NCBI GenBank assembly: GCA_036229005.1
Contig: JAZAMN010000064.1
Location: 1 to 64,000, forward strand
Length of the DNA: 64,000 nucleotides
Reading direction: 5' to 3'
Source: Myxococcota bacterium
GTDB taxonomy: Bacteria; Myxococcota_A; UBA796; CAJQPC01
Shown here: in pieces, positions 1-8,874 of the stretch
Position numbering within the stretch: the first letter of the stretch is position 1
Layout of the letters: the number at the start of each line of letters is the position of its first letter
Translations under genes and position numbers: made by a program
The notes under the pieces: model-generated
Database searches by the model: none
Told to the model about the DNA's origin: nothing
Seen by the model: only the letters and a program-made list of their open reading frames with translations

Positions 1-684
1 GGGGGGGGGGGGGGGGGGGGCCGGGGGGTCGGAGAGGATCTCGGGCGCGGGAGGATCCGGCTGCAACCCGATGACCTCGTCGGCGGGCAGGGTCTGCGTG
101 ATCTCCGTGACGGGAGCGAGGTCAGGGGTGTGCCAGCGAGCGCCTGATGTCACCGGGATCCGCTCCTCCCCCTGGACCCCGGCGAGCACGACGCCGCTGA
201 TCACGGAGAGGTGGCCCTCGGCGCTGAGGGTGAACGCGGCCCCCTGGGTGACGAAGGACGCGCCCCCGGCGTGCACGGTGAGGTCGTTGTAGAGGCCCTC
301 GGGGTTCACGTCGAAGCGCAGCTCGCCGGCCAGGAGCTCGACGATGGTGCCGCGGGCGCCGGCCTGGACAAGGCGCAGGGTGCCGGTGCCCTCGCTGCGG
401 ATGTCGCGGCCCAGGAAGATGCCGTCGTCCACCGCGGTGGGCTGCCCCTGCTCCAGCATCACGGGGCCGGGGCCGCGGGGGAGCACGATGAAGGCGAGCA
501 GGAGCATCGCGGCGGGGACCAGGGCGCGCCAGGGCAGCTCGGCGCGGGGGGCGCGGCGGGGCTGGAGGCGGGCGAGCTCGGCGGCGCTGGGGGCGGTGGC
601 GGCGGCCAGGAAGCCCTGGGGATCGGCGGCGGGCGGGGCGCTGAGGGCCTGAATCTCCCGCTCGGTGGGGTCGGTGGCGCTCAC
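1..684 (-). CDS. FecR-like membrane anti-sigma factor (partial; runs off window start)
   Basis: Not in the ORF track; read manually. GTG at 684 overlaps the sigma-factor stop (GTGA). Translation MSATDPTEREIQ...WRALVPAAMLLLAFIVLPRG (TM), then GTIVELLAGELRFDVNP..LTVHAGGASFVTQGAAFTL (FecR-like beta region) and a Pro-rich linker. Confidence 0.65.
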   Translation of the reverse strand, partial: MSATDPTEREIQALSAPPAADPQGFLAAATAPSAAELARLQPRRAPRAELPWRALVPAAMLLLAFIVLPRGPGPVMLEQGQPTAVDDGIFLGRDIRSEGTGTLRLVQAGARGTIVELLAGELRFDVNPEGLYNDLTVHAGGASFVTQGAAFTLSAEGHLSVISGVVLAGVQGEERIPVTSGARWHTPDLAPVTEITQTLPADEVIGLQPDPPAPEILSDPPAPPPPPP

Positions 685-1259
685 GGACCCTCCTTCACCA
701 GGCGCAGGACCTGGCCTTCCCGGACCACCAGGCCCTCGCGCAGGCAGGCCTGCTTGAAGAGGCGGCGGGCCTTGTGCAGGCGGCTGTAGACGGTGCCGGT
801 GGGGATGCCCAGCAGTTCGGCGACCTCGGGGGCGGAGCGCTCCTCCAGATCGCAGAGCACCAGGACCTCGCGGGAGGCGTCGGGCAGGCGCTCCAGGGTG
901 TGCTGGACGGCGCGGCGCTCGCGGAGGCGGGCCAGATCGCCGTGGAGGTCCTCGCCGGAGTCGGGCTCGGGCACGCGGTCCAGGCCGATGAAGCGGCGCA
1001 GGCGGGCGCGGCGGCGCAGGTTGGCGAGCACCCGGCGGGTGATGCTGTAGAGCCAGGTGCTGAGCTGCGCGTCCCCGCGGTAGCCCTCCAGCTTGCCCAG
1101 GGCGGTCTCGAAGACGGTGTGGGCGGCGTCCTCCGCGTCGATGTGCGGGCCCCCCATCCGGATGCACCAGCCCAGCACGCGGGGGGCGTGCTCGCGGTAG
1201 AAGGCGGCGACGGCGTGGGGCTCTCCGGCGCGCAGATCGGCGAGCTGTTGGGGGGTCAT
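681..1259 (-). CDS. ECF RNA polymerase sigma-70 factor
   Basis: Region 2 DAEDAAHTVF...STWLYSITRR and region 4 REVLVLCDLEERSAPEVAELLGIPTGTVYSRLHKAR. Start ATG 1259 overlaps the upstream stop. Confidence 0.92.
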   Translation of the reverse strand: MTPQQLADLRAGEPHAVAAFYREHAPRVLGWCIRMGGPHIDAEDAAHTVFETALGKLEGYRGDAQLSTWLYSITRRVLANLRRRARLRRFIGLDRVPEPDSGEDLHGDLARLRERRAVQHTLERLPDASREVLVLCDLEERSAPEVAELLGIPTGTVYSRLHKARRLFKQACLREGLVVREGQVLRLVKEGP

Positions 1260-2131
1260 GCGCGCCTCCCCAGGTGGAACTCCAGCAGCGCGGTCGCTGG
1301 GTCCAGGGCCCAGCTCTCGCCGTCGGGGTGGCCGGGGGTGGGCACGAGGCGGCCTTCGTAGGTGCCCTCGACCTGGAGCGCGAGCGCGACGCCCAGCAGC
1401 AGGCTCTGATCCCGACCGGGGCCCCACCAGCGCAGGCGCAGGCTCGCGCGGGGGAGGGGAGCCCGGTACTGGACCCCCTCGGTGGGGGAGTGCACCTGGA
1501 GTCCGCGCAAGCCAGCGCCCAGCCAGACCTCGCCGGTGCCCGTGGGTCCCTCTCGGCTCAGGCCGAGCTGCAGGTCACCACCGGCCCGGGAGGTGAACCA
1601 ATCGGTCTCGGTCAGTCGGGCCCCCACATCCACATCCACGACCAGCGCCTTGTGCACCCGGCCGGTCGTGGCGAGTTCGAGTCCAAGTCGAAAGGGTTCG
1701 TTGTACTTTCCATTTCGCAGGTTGACGCCCGTGTGCGCGGCCAGCATGCGCGAGAGCTCGGGGGCCTCGGGCTGGGGCGTGACCTGGGCGGCGGAGGTCT
1801 CCGCGGGGGGAGTCGCTGGGGTCTCCGGGGGGAGCGGCTCTGGGGCCGGCAGCCAACCCTGGTCCACCGGATCCAACGCGTGGGTCCAGCTCCGCACCAG
1901 CAGCACCTGTCCCGCCGGCGAGGTCGGGCTGGCCTGCTCCACGCTGCGCGCCCCCTGCTGCCAGTGGAGCGTGCCTTGGTCCACCCAGACGCCCTCGGCG
2001 CCTTGGGGCACCGGGCCCAAGTGGACCTCGACGCCGGAGCTCGGCCAGTGCTGATCCAGAGCGGCCTGGAGCGCGTCGGCCTGCTCGGCGTCCGCGACGT
2101 ACCAGTCCAGGGCCAGCAGCAGAGGCATCAT
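1256..2131 (-). CDS. Exported hypothetical protein with Pro-rich linker and beta-strand-rich C-terminus
   Basis: MMPLLLAL start, coupled to neighbours by ATGA overlaps on both sides. C-terminal half has alternating hydrophobic strands. Confidence 0.6.
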   Translation of the reverse strand: MMPLLLALDWYVADAEQADALQAALDQHWPSSGVEVHLGPVPQGAEGVWVDQGTLHWQQGARSVEQASPTSPAGQVLLVRSWTHALDPVDQGWLPAPEPLPPETPATPPAETSAAQVTPQPEAPELSRMLAAHTGVNLRNGKYNEPFRLGLELATTGRVHKALVVDVDVGARLTETDWFTSRAGGDLQLGLSREGPTGTGEVWLGAGLRGLQVHSPTEGVQYRAPLPRASLRLRWWGPGRDQSLLLGVALALQVEGTYEGRLVPTPGHPDGESWALDPATALLEFHLGRRA

Positions 2132-2706
2132 CGGCGCCACTGTAGCCCCACTCCGACCCAGAGGTGGTCGCGGTGAAGCTCTAGACCCGCGGACTCCTCG
2201 GTGTAGCGGGTCTGGGCGAGCTGCAGGCGCAGGCCCAGGTCGTCGCGCCACAGGCCGCCCTCCGCGCCGTAGCGCAGGACGGGGGAGAGCTCGTCCGGGT
2301 CTTCGTCGTACCAGTTCTCCAGCCACGCAGGCATCTGGGACCGGAGGGCGCCGGCGCCCAGGAACACGCCCAGGGTGCTCTCCAGGGGGCCGACCTGGGC
2401 GCTGAGGGGCTGGAGGTGGGCCTCGGCGGTCAGGATGCCCCGGATGTCGGCGACGTCGGGCTCGACCATCTGCTCCTGGAGGTTGATCATCAGGGGCCTG
2501 AGGGTGGCGTCGGCCGAGCGGGGGCCCCAGGAGCCATGCAGCTCGATGCTGGCCCAGTCGCGGACCCAGAAGGCGGCCCCGGCGGCGAACTGGGGGGTGT
2601 GGACGAAGACGTCGTTCCAGCTATCCTCGACAGAGACCGAAGCGCTGATTCTGGGGGGCTCCCCGGCAGCGGCCAGGGCGGTGAGCAGCAGGATTGCGGC
2701 GGGCAT
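2128..2706 (-). CDS. Outer-membrane beta-barrel protein (myxobacterial OMP-like)
   Basis: Signal peptide MPAAILLLTALAAA, WNDVFVH motif, amphipathic strands ending LWVGVGLQW. Confidence 0.6.
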   Translation of the reverse strand: MPAAILLLTALAAAGEPPRISASVSVEDSWNDVFVHTPQFAAGAAFWVRDWASIELHGSWGPRSADATLRPLMINLQEQMVEPDVADIRGILTAEAHLQPLSAQVGPLESTLGVFLGAGALRSQMPAWLENWYDEDPDELSPVLRYGAEGGLWRDDLGLRLQLAQTRYTEESAGLELHRDHLWVGVGLQWRR

Positions 2707-2716
2707 TTCGGCCTCC

Positions 2717-3313
2717 TCAGAAGCGGTAGAGCAGGTCCCAGGACCCGCGGGAGTTGAAGGCGGCGCCGCCCACGTTGGTGGGCTCCCGGGCGGTGAGCAC
2801 GGAGAGGCGCAGAGAGACCGGGCCGACGTAGGCCTGCAGCCCGGCGCCCACGACCAGGCCGGCGCTCCACTGGGCGGACTCGGCGGCGGCGTTGTTGATG
2901 TCCCCGCTCCACACCCCCATGCTGCGCATCGTGTAGCGCATGGCCTGGGCGCCCGCGTAGAGGTGCGGGGAGCCGCCGAAGCGCTGGGTGAGGGTGGGCA
3001 CGCCCACGTCGGCCAGGAGCCGGAGCTCGCCGTGGCGCTGGATGGAGTACCAGTCGCCGGTCGAGTCCTTGAGGATGTCGTAGAGCGTGCTGTCCAGGGC
3101 GTCGGGCGTCCAGACCCAGGGATCCATGCTGCCGGACAGCTCCAGAGCGACGGGGCCACGGAGGGCGCGGACCACCAGCCGGGGGTCGCCCAGGCCGCGC
3201 TCCTTGACCAGGTCGAAGGCGCCCAGGCCCACCTCCAGCTCCAGGGGGGGCTCCGGGGGCGGGGAGGGGGTGAGGGACTGCGCCCCGCTGGCGCCGATGA
3301 GTGCGAGCCACAT
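2717..3313 (-). CDS. Putative outer-membrane beta-barrel protein
   Basis: Short hydrophobic N-terminus, amphipathic strands, C-terminal ...WDLLYRF (terminal Phe, beta-signal-like). Confidence 0.55.
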   Translation of the reverse strand: MWLALIGASGAQSLTPSPPPEPPLELEVGLGAFDLVKERGLGDPRLVVRALRGPVALELSGSMDPWVWTPDALDSTLYDILKDSTGDWYSIQRHGELRLLADVGVPTLTQRFGGSPHLYAGAQAMRYTMRSMGVWSGDINNAAAESAQWSAGLVVGAGLQAYVGPVSLRLSVLTAREPTNVGGAAFNSRGSWDLLYRF

Positions 3314-3443
3314 CTGACTGCTCCGTTTGATTCACGGGGCTTGGTGTGGGGAAGGCTCGGGATCCTTCAGGTTTTTTCTCCCGCCGCCGCCTCCGGGATG
3401 TCCCGCCTTGAGGCATCCCCCCTCCTCTCTGTAGAACCGGCCG

Positions 3444-5486
3444 ATGATCACCCTCCCACACTGCCTCGTCGATCTGGGCCAGGCCGAGATTCGCAGCGGG
3501 GCCCGCGTGCAGCGCCTCACCGAGCTGGAGGTCAAGCTGCTGCGCCACCTGCGCGATCGCGAGGGGGCCGCGGTGAGCCGGGAGGAGCTGCTGGAGCAGG
3601 TCTGGGGCTACTCGCCGAGCCTGCAGTCCCGCTGCGTGGACACGACCGTGCGCCGCCTGCGTCGCAAGCTGGAGGAGGCGCCGGGCAGCCCGCGTCACCT
3701 GCTCAGCGTCCGGGGGCATGGCTATCGGCTCCGCGTGGACCCGGGGGCGCCGCTGCGGGGGCCTGCCGAGCGGCTGGGGGCGCCAGTGCCCGGCCGGGAG
3801 GCGCTGGTGCACCGGATCCTCGCGCTGCTGGAGCGGGAGCGGTCCGTGGCGCTGCTGGGGCCGCCCGGCGTGGGGCGGCGGGCGCTGGCGTTGGCGGTGG
3901 CCCACGCCTTCCCCGGGCCGGTCTCGCTGGGGCCGAGTGACCCGGTGGAGGGCCTCTGGGTGCGCCTGGATGGCGGTCTGGGGCCTGCCCAGGCGCTGCA
4001 GCTGGTCCTGCCGCCGCACCCGGAGCGGGGAGGGGGCCATGAGCTCCTGGTGCCGCCGCTGGAGGGGGCCGCCGCAGCGCCCGCTCGGATCCCGGAGTCC
4101 CCGCCAGCCACTCTGGGGCGTCTGGCCGCGTTCGCCGGGCCAGTCTCCCGCTGGGACGCCCAGGACATCGGGATCACGCCCGCCGACCAGGAGGACCTGC
4201 TCGCCCGCGGCTGGCTGATCCACAGCGACGCCGGCCTGGAGATCGCCCCGTGCTGGTCCATCCACCCCAGCGCCGCCGACCGCGCCGCGCACGCCGCCTG
4301 GCTGGAGGAGAAGCTGGGCCTCGTCGGGCGCGACGCCCCCTTCACCGCGCAGGACTTCCCCGAGCTGGACCGCCGCAGACAGGCACTCTTCGCGGCGCTG
4401 GACTGGCGCTGCACCCAGCCGGGGGACGGGGGCCTGCGCGCGCTCTACCTGCTCAACCGCTACCTGATGGCCACCACCCCCATCGAGCGCAGCCTCGCCT
4501 GGGTGCGCGGGGCTCTGGATGGGGCCCTTGACGCCGATCTCCGCTGGCGGGTCCGGGGGGAGATCCAGCTCGCTGGCCTGCTGCGGCTCTCGGCCCAACC
4601 GCTCAGCGCCCACGCCGCCTTGGACCGGGCACTGGCTCTGGGCGCCGGCGAGGACATCGGGTTCGTGACCTCGGTGCGCGCCACTCTGCTGCACACCGAG
4701 GGCCGCCACGCCGAGGCCCTGGCGGCCTACCTCCAGGCCGTCCAGGAGCTGGAGCCCTTCCACCCGGAGCGGGCCGCGATCTTCAGGGCGGAGGCCTCCG
4801 TCCAGGTCCTCCGCCAGGGAGACCCGGAGCGCGCCCTGGAGCTGGCCCGCCAGGCCACTCGCCGGGCCCGCGCCCTCGGAGACCCGCGGGTCCTGGCGCG
4901 CTGTGAGGGCCGCCTGGGGCTGGTGCTCTCCCGCCTGGCGCGCTCCTGGGAGGCTGCGCCCCGGCTGGAGGCCTCCACCCGCAGCTTCCGCGCCCTGGGG
5001 GACCACCAGCAGCTCGCCTTTGGCCTGCTCCACCTGGCAGAGGTCCGCGTGGACTGCGAGGAGTTCGGGCCCGCCAGCGCCGCGCTGTCCGAGGGCCTGG
5101 CCCTGGCTGCGGAGCTGGGCATCCCCGCGCTGGTGGCCCAATACCAGGCGCTCACGGGGGTGTTGGAGGTCCTGCGCGCAGACCCCGCCCGCGCCCGGGG
5201 CTTCCTGGAGGAGGCCATCCGCAGCCACGAGGACACGCTGCGCAGCGCCTGCGGGCAGCAGGCGCTGGTCTGGCTCGCGGTCTGCTACGCGGACCTCGGC
5301 CTCGCCGCGCTGGCCGCCCGCACGGTGGAGGCCCTGACGGACGCGGGCCTGGCCCACAGCGTGCGCTGTCTGCTCGCTGGGGAGCCCGCGCCAGCGCCCG
5401 AGGTCGACCCCGCCTGCGTGGAGGGGCGCCTCATCGGCAGGCTGCTGGCCCAGCGGGCCGCGGAGGCTACTCGCAGGCGGTGTTGA
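3444..5486 (+). CDS. OmpR-type winged-helix transcriptional regulator with degenerate NTPase and TPR region
   Basis: LTELEVKLL...VSREELLEQVWGY...VDTTVRRLRRKLE..P..LLSVRGHGY (Trans_reg_C), GPPGVGRR P-loop remnant, helical TPR-like C-terminus. Confidence 0.85.
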   Translation: MITLPHCLVDLGQAEIRSGARVQRLTELEVKLLRHLRDREGAAVSREELLEQVWGYSPSLQSRCVDTTVRRLRRKLEEAPGSPRHLLSVRGHGYRLRVDPGAPLRGPAERLGAPVPGREALVHRILALLERERSVALLGPPGVGRRALALAVAHAFPGPVSLGPSDPVEGLWVRLDGGLGPAQALQLVLPPHPERGGGHELLVPPLEGAAAAPARIPESPPATLGRLAAFAGPVSRWDAQDIGITPADQEDLLARGWLIHSDAGLEIAPCWSIHPSAADRAAHAAWLEEKLGLVGRDAPFTAQDFPELDRRRQALFAALDWRCTQPGDGGLRALYLLNRYLMATTPIERSLAWVRGALDGALDADLRWRVRGEIQLAGLLRLSAQPLSAHAALDRALALGAGEDIGFVTSVRATLLHTEGRHAEALAAYLQAVQELEPFHPERAAIFRAEASVQVLRQGDPERALELARQATRRARALGDPRVLARCEGRLGLVLSRLARSWEAAPRLEASTRSFRALGDHQQLAFGLLHLAEVRVDCEEFGPASAALSEGLALAAELGIPALVAQYQALTGVLEVLRADPARARGFLEEAIRSHEDTLRSACGQQALVWLAVCYADLGLAALAARTVEALTDAGLAHSVRCLLAGEPAPAPEVDPACVEGRLIGRLLAQRAAEATRRRC

Positions 5487-7185
5487 AGTCGCCCGGGGTG
5501 CCGCGGTCGCCGTCGCCGTAGGTCGCGCTGCCCGACTTGCAGATGGTGTCGTACCAGGTGCCGCCGGAGTAGGCGCGCTGGAAGCTGACGCCCGCGCTCG
5601 CGGAGCCGTAGGTGAAGCTGTCCAGCAGAGCGCCGTCCAGGCCCACGCTCAGGGTCTTGCCGGAGTTGCTCAGGCTCAGGGAGCACTCGACCGCGCCGGA
5701 GATCCCGCCGTTGGCGCTGACGTCCGCCTTCTTGGCGAGCACCACGAAACCGCCAGGCTCGATGGCCACCGCGCCGCTCACGGAGCAGGGCTCGTCCAGG
5801 CCGTCCAGGGAGACCGGGCTGTCGGTGTTGTTGTAGAGCTCGACCCACTCGCCGTAGGAGTCGCCGACCGCAGACGGGTCGGGCATGGCCTCGGTGATCC
5901 ACAGGTCGCCCGCGACCAGGTCGCTCAGGGTGAGGGCCTGGCCATCGCTGCCGTCGCAGTCCTGGTCGATGCCGTCGCCGTAGCTGTCCGGTGCGCCCGG
6001 GTAGACCGTGTTGTCGCTGTCGTCGCAGTCGACATCGGAGCTGTAGCCGTCGCCGTCGATGTCCTCGGGGAGCTCGCACTGGGAGCCGGAAAAGCCCGGA
6101 GTGGCGAGCTGGTCGCCCCAGGTGTCTTCGCTCGCGCACCAGTAGCCGGCCTCTTCCGCGCCGGGCTCCCGCGGGTCCACGTGGGCGGACACGCCCTCGT
6201 CGGTGGGGCAGTCCTGGCTCGCGCAGTCGAGCACGGACAGCTCGACCTCGTCGCCGGACAGGGTCTCGAGTCCGACGCCCCAGCGCTCACCGCTGTTGGT
6301 CATGGTGAGCCCACCGATCTCGCAGGCCCTGTAGTCCTCCCCCTCGTGCCAGCTCAGGTCGCGGGCGAACACCAGGTACTCATCGGGGGCCAGGGTGCCG
6401 TCGCAGCCGGTTGTGGGGACCAGGTCCAGTTCGCGGAGGCTGCTGCCGTCCACCGCCCGCAGGCAGCTCAGGGGCACGGCGCTGTCGCCCAGGTTCAGCA
6501 CCTCGATGAACTCGCCCTCCTCGTCGCCGGCCACGTTGGGCAGGACCTCGGTGACCACCACGTCGGCGGTCTCGGGGCACTCCAGGACCACGGGGCAGGG
6601 GGGGTTCTCCTCGCCGGGGGTGCCGAAGTCGCCGTTGGCCCACTCGGTGGTGGCCGCGCACCAGTTGTCGACGTTGTCGTTGTCGTCGGCGTCAAGGGCG
6701 CTGGGGCTCAGGGACCAGGCGGTGCCCTTGCTGGTGTCGCCGTAGTCGATGCAGTCGATGACCTCGCCGTCGCAGTAGAGGCAGAGGTTGGCCTCGGAGT
6801 CCGTCAGGGTGAGGTTGCTGTAGATGTAGTCGGCGGGGACATCCGGGTCCTCTCCTTTGGCCAGGACCGCGTAGGCGCCGGGCTGGAGGGTGATGCCCGG
6901 CTCATAGAGGCTGGTGGAGCTGCCCTCGCGCACGATGTTCAGGCCGTGCAGGTCCTGGGGCTCGCCGCTGGCGTTGTAGATCTCCAGCCACTCGTAGTCG
7001 GCGCCCGCGCCGGGGGAGGACATGACCTCGCTCAGGACCAGGCCGGTGGGGCAGGTGCTGGGGGCGGTGTCGTCCACGACCGAGGGGGCCCCGCGACAGC
7101 CGCCTGCGCCGTCGGGGCGCTCCGCATCGGGGCCCTGGGTGCAGCCGTACATCAGGACCAGGGCAAGCAGTGCTCGACGACGCAT
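5467..7185 (-). CDS. Lamin-tail-domain lipoprotein with MopE-like metal-binding repeat
   Basis: Lipobox LMYGC. Three LTD-like units (LSEVM..EWLEIYN; VTEVLPN..EFIEVLN; ITEAMPDP..EWVELYN, each ending [GA]TPG) and DIDGDGY..DCDDSDNTVYPGA...DGIDQDCDG. Confidence 0.85.
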   Translation of the reverse strand: MRRRALLALVLMYGCTQGPDAERPDGAGGCRGAPSVVDDTAPSTCPTGLVLSEVMSSPGAGADYEWLEIYNASGEPQDLHGLNIVREGSSTSLYEPGITLQPGAYAVLAKGEDPDVPADYIYSNLTLTDSEANLCLYCDGEVIDCIDYGDTSKGTAWSLSPSALDADDNDNVDNWCAATTEWANGDFGTPGEENPPCPVVLECPETADVVVTEVLPNVAGDEEGEFIEVLNLGDSAVPLSCLRAVDGSSLRELDLVPTTGCDGTLAPDEYLVFARDLSWHEGEDYRACEIGGLTMTNSGERWGVGLETLSGDEVELSVLDCASQDCPTDEGVSAHVDPREPGAEEAGYWCASEDTWGDQLATPGFSGSQCELPEDIDGDGYSSDVDCDDSDNTVYPGAPDSYGDGIDQDCDGSDGQALTLSDLVAGDLWITEAMPDPSAVGDSYGEWVELYNNTDSPVSLDGLDEPCSVSGAVAIEPGGFVVLAKKADVSANGGISGAVECSLSLSNSGKTLSVGLDGALLDSFTYGSASAGVSFQRAYSGGTWYDTICKSGSATYGDGDRGTPGDFNTACE

Positions 7186-7284
7186 GAATCCTCCGGGCCA
7201 CGACTCTACCGCCGAACCCCGGCCCCCCGGTAGCGCTTGCTCCGCAACTGTCACGCCCACGCCAGGGTTCCGGATCGGGGGTCT

Positions 7285-7322
7285 GATGTATATTCATGCG
7301 TAAAGTTGCATGGAAATGCACC
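7285..7322 (+). promoter_or_regulatory. Tandem ARG boxes (ArgR operator) upstream of argC
   Basis: GATGTATATTCATGCGTA (7285-7302) and GTTGCATGGAAATGCACC (7305-7322). Cores are TGTAT-N4-ATGCG and TGCAT-N4-ATGCA, 20 bp apart, in an AT-rich patch just before the arg operon. Confidence 0.8.
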
Positions 7323-7354
7323 CGAGTTAGAAGCGGAGCCCCCTGGAGGACCTC

Positions 7355-8386
7355 GTGTCAACCCCCACCCCCACTGCGGTCGTCGGTGCCAGCGGATTCG
7401 CTGGAGTCGAGCTCGTTCGTATGGTGTTGCAGCACCCCAGGCTGCAGCTCAGCGCCGTGGCCGCCAAGGGCAGCGCCGGGCAGCGGGTGGACCAGAGCTG
7501 GCCGCAGCTCTCCGGTCTGCCCGTCGGGGAGATGCAGATCGAGGCCGTGGATGCCAAGGCGCTGGCCGCCAAGGCGGAGATCGTCCTGCTGGCCCTCCCG
7601 CACGGCGTGTCCGCGCCGATCGCCGCGCAACTGCTCAAGGAGGGGGTCCAGGTCGTGGACATGGGGGCCGACTTCCGGCTGCCCGACGCCGCTCAGTGGG
7701 AGGAGGTCTACGGCAGCCCCCACGCTGAGCCCCAGCTCCTCGGTGCCGCCGTCAATGGCCTGGTGGAGCTCAACCGCGCCGCCCTGCCCGGCGCCCAGCT
7801 CATCGCCGCCCCCGGCTGCTACCCCACCGCCACCACCTTGGCCGCCGCGCCCGCCGTGCGGCACCTGGGCGTGGACTGGGTGATCTCCGACTGCATGAGC
7901 GGGGTGTCCGGCGCCGGCCGCAAGCTCAGCGCCACCACCCACTACTGCGCGGTCAACGAGTCCGTCTCCGCATACGCCATGGGCGGCGTGCACCGCCACA
8001 GCGTCGAGATGGAGCGCCTGCTGGCCCCCGCGCGGGTCTCCTTCACCCCCCACCTGGTGCCCATGACCCGGGGCCTGCTCGCGACGGTGCACATGCGCCC
8101 CAGCCAGCTCCCCACCCAGGCCCAGGTGACCGCCCTGTACCGGGAGTTCTACGCCGACAGCCCCATGGTCGTCTGGCGCGATGGACCCCCCGGCACCGAC
8201 TCCGTGCGCGGAAGCGCGCGCGCCCACCTCCACGCGTGCGTAGATCAGAAGCGGGGAGTCCTCTCCGTGAGCTGCGCGATCGACAACCTCCTCAAGGGCG
8301 CCGGGGCCCAGGGCATTCAGGCCCTGAATGTGGCTCGCGGCTGGCCTGAGACCATGGGGCTTCCCCTCTTCCCGGTGTTGCCGTGA
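7355..8386 (+). CDS. argC: N-acetyl-gamma-glutamyl-phosphate reductase
   Basis: VVGASGFAG, LALPHG, DMGADFRL, APGCYPT (catalytic Cys), SGVSGAGR, IDNLLKGA. Confidence 0.96.
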   Translation: MSTPTPTAVVGASGFAGVELVRMVLQHPRLQLSAVAAKGSAGQRVDQSWPQLSGLPVGEMQIEAVDAKALAAKAEIVLLALPHGVSAPIAAQLLKEGVQVVDMGADFRLPDAAQWEEVYGSPHAEPQLLGAAVNGLVELNRAALPGAQLIAAPGCYPTATTLAAAPAVRHLGVDWVISDCMSGVSGAGRKLSATTHYCAVNESVSAYAMGGVHRHSVEMERLLAPARVSFTPHLVPMTRGLLATVHMRPSQLPTQAQVTALYREFYADSPMVVWRDGPPGTDSVRGSARAHLHACVDQKRGVLSVSCAIDNLLKGAGAQGIQALNVARGWPETMGLPLFPVLP

Positions 8387-8874
8387 TGATGAACGAAGAT
8401 CAGATGACCACCGTCGTGGTCCTTCGTCTGGCGGAGGGGAAGGATCTCCCCGCTGTGCAGACCCTGATGCACCCCTTTGTCCTCGACGGCACCCTCAGAC
8501 CGCGTGATCTGCGCGTAGGCGAGGTCATCGTCGCGGAGGTGGGCGGTCAGCTCCTGGGCTGCGTGGCCCTCTCCTCCTGGACCTCCGATACCTGGGAGCT
8601 GGGCTCCCTGGTCTCCACCCAGCGCGGTCTGGGCGGCGCCCTGGTCCAGTCCGCGCTGGCCCACGCCCACGCCCAGGGCATCCGGCGCGTGGTCTGCATC
8701 ACCGGCGTCGAGCGCTTCTTCGCGCGCCAGGGCTTCTCGCTGGTCGGTACCGGCGTGCCCCCCCACCGGCAGCCCGACACCGGCTGCGCTGCGATCCGCT
8801 GGAAGGCCGCGCGTTGCCGCCTGTGCCCGGACGCCCAGAACTGCAACCAGAGCCTGATGGAGTACACCGCATGA
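8383..8874 (+). CDS. argA: Short GNAT N-acetyltransferase, probable N-acetylglutamate synthase
   Basis: GNAT motifs (ELGSLVS..RGLGGALV; FFARQGF) with a C-terminal CxxCP..C cluster typical of short ArgA. Lies inside the arg operon. Exact start (8383/8386/8389) uncertain. Confidence 0.7.
   Translation: MMMNEDQMTTVVVLRLAEGKDLPAVQTLMHPFVLDGTLRPRDLRVGEVIVAEVGGQLLGCVALSSWTSDTWELGSLVSTQRGLGGALVQSALAHAHAQGIRRVVCITGVERFFARQGFSLVGTGVPPHRQPDTGCAAIRWKAARCRLCPDAQNCNQSLMEYTA

Noticed and set aside
1..20. G homopolymer at the window start (poly-Pro on the minus strand; possible phase-variation tract)
   Set aside because: It sits at the sequence edge and could be a poly-G sequencing or assembly artefact, or simply a Pro linker; it cannot be judged.
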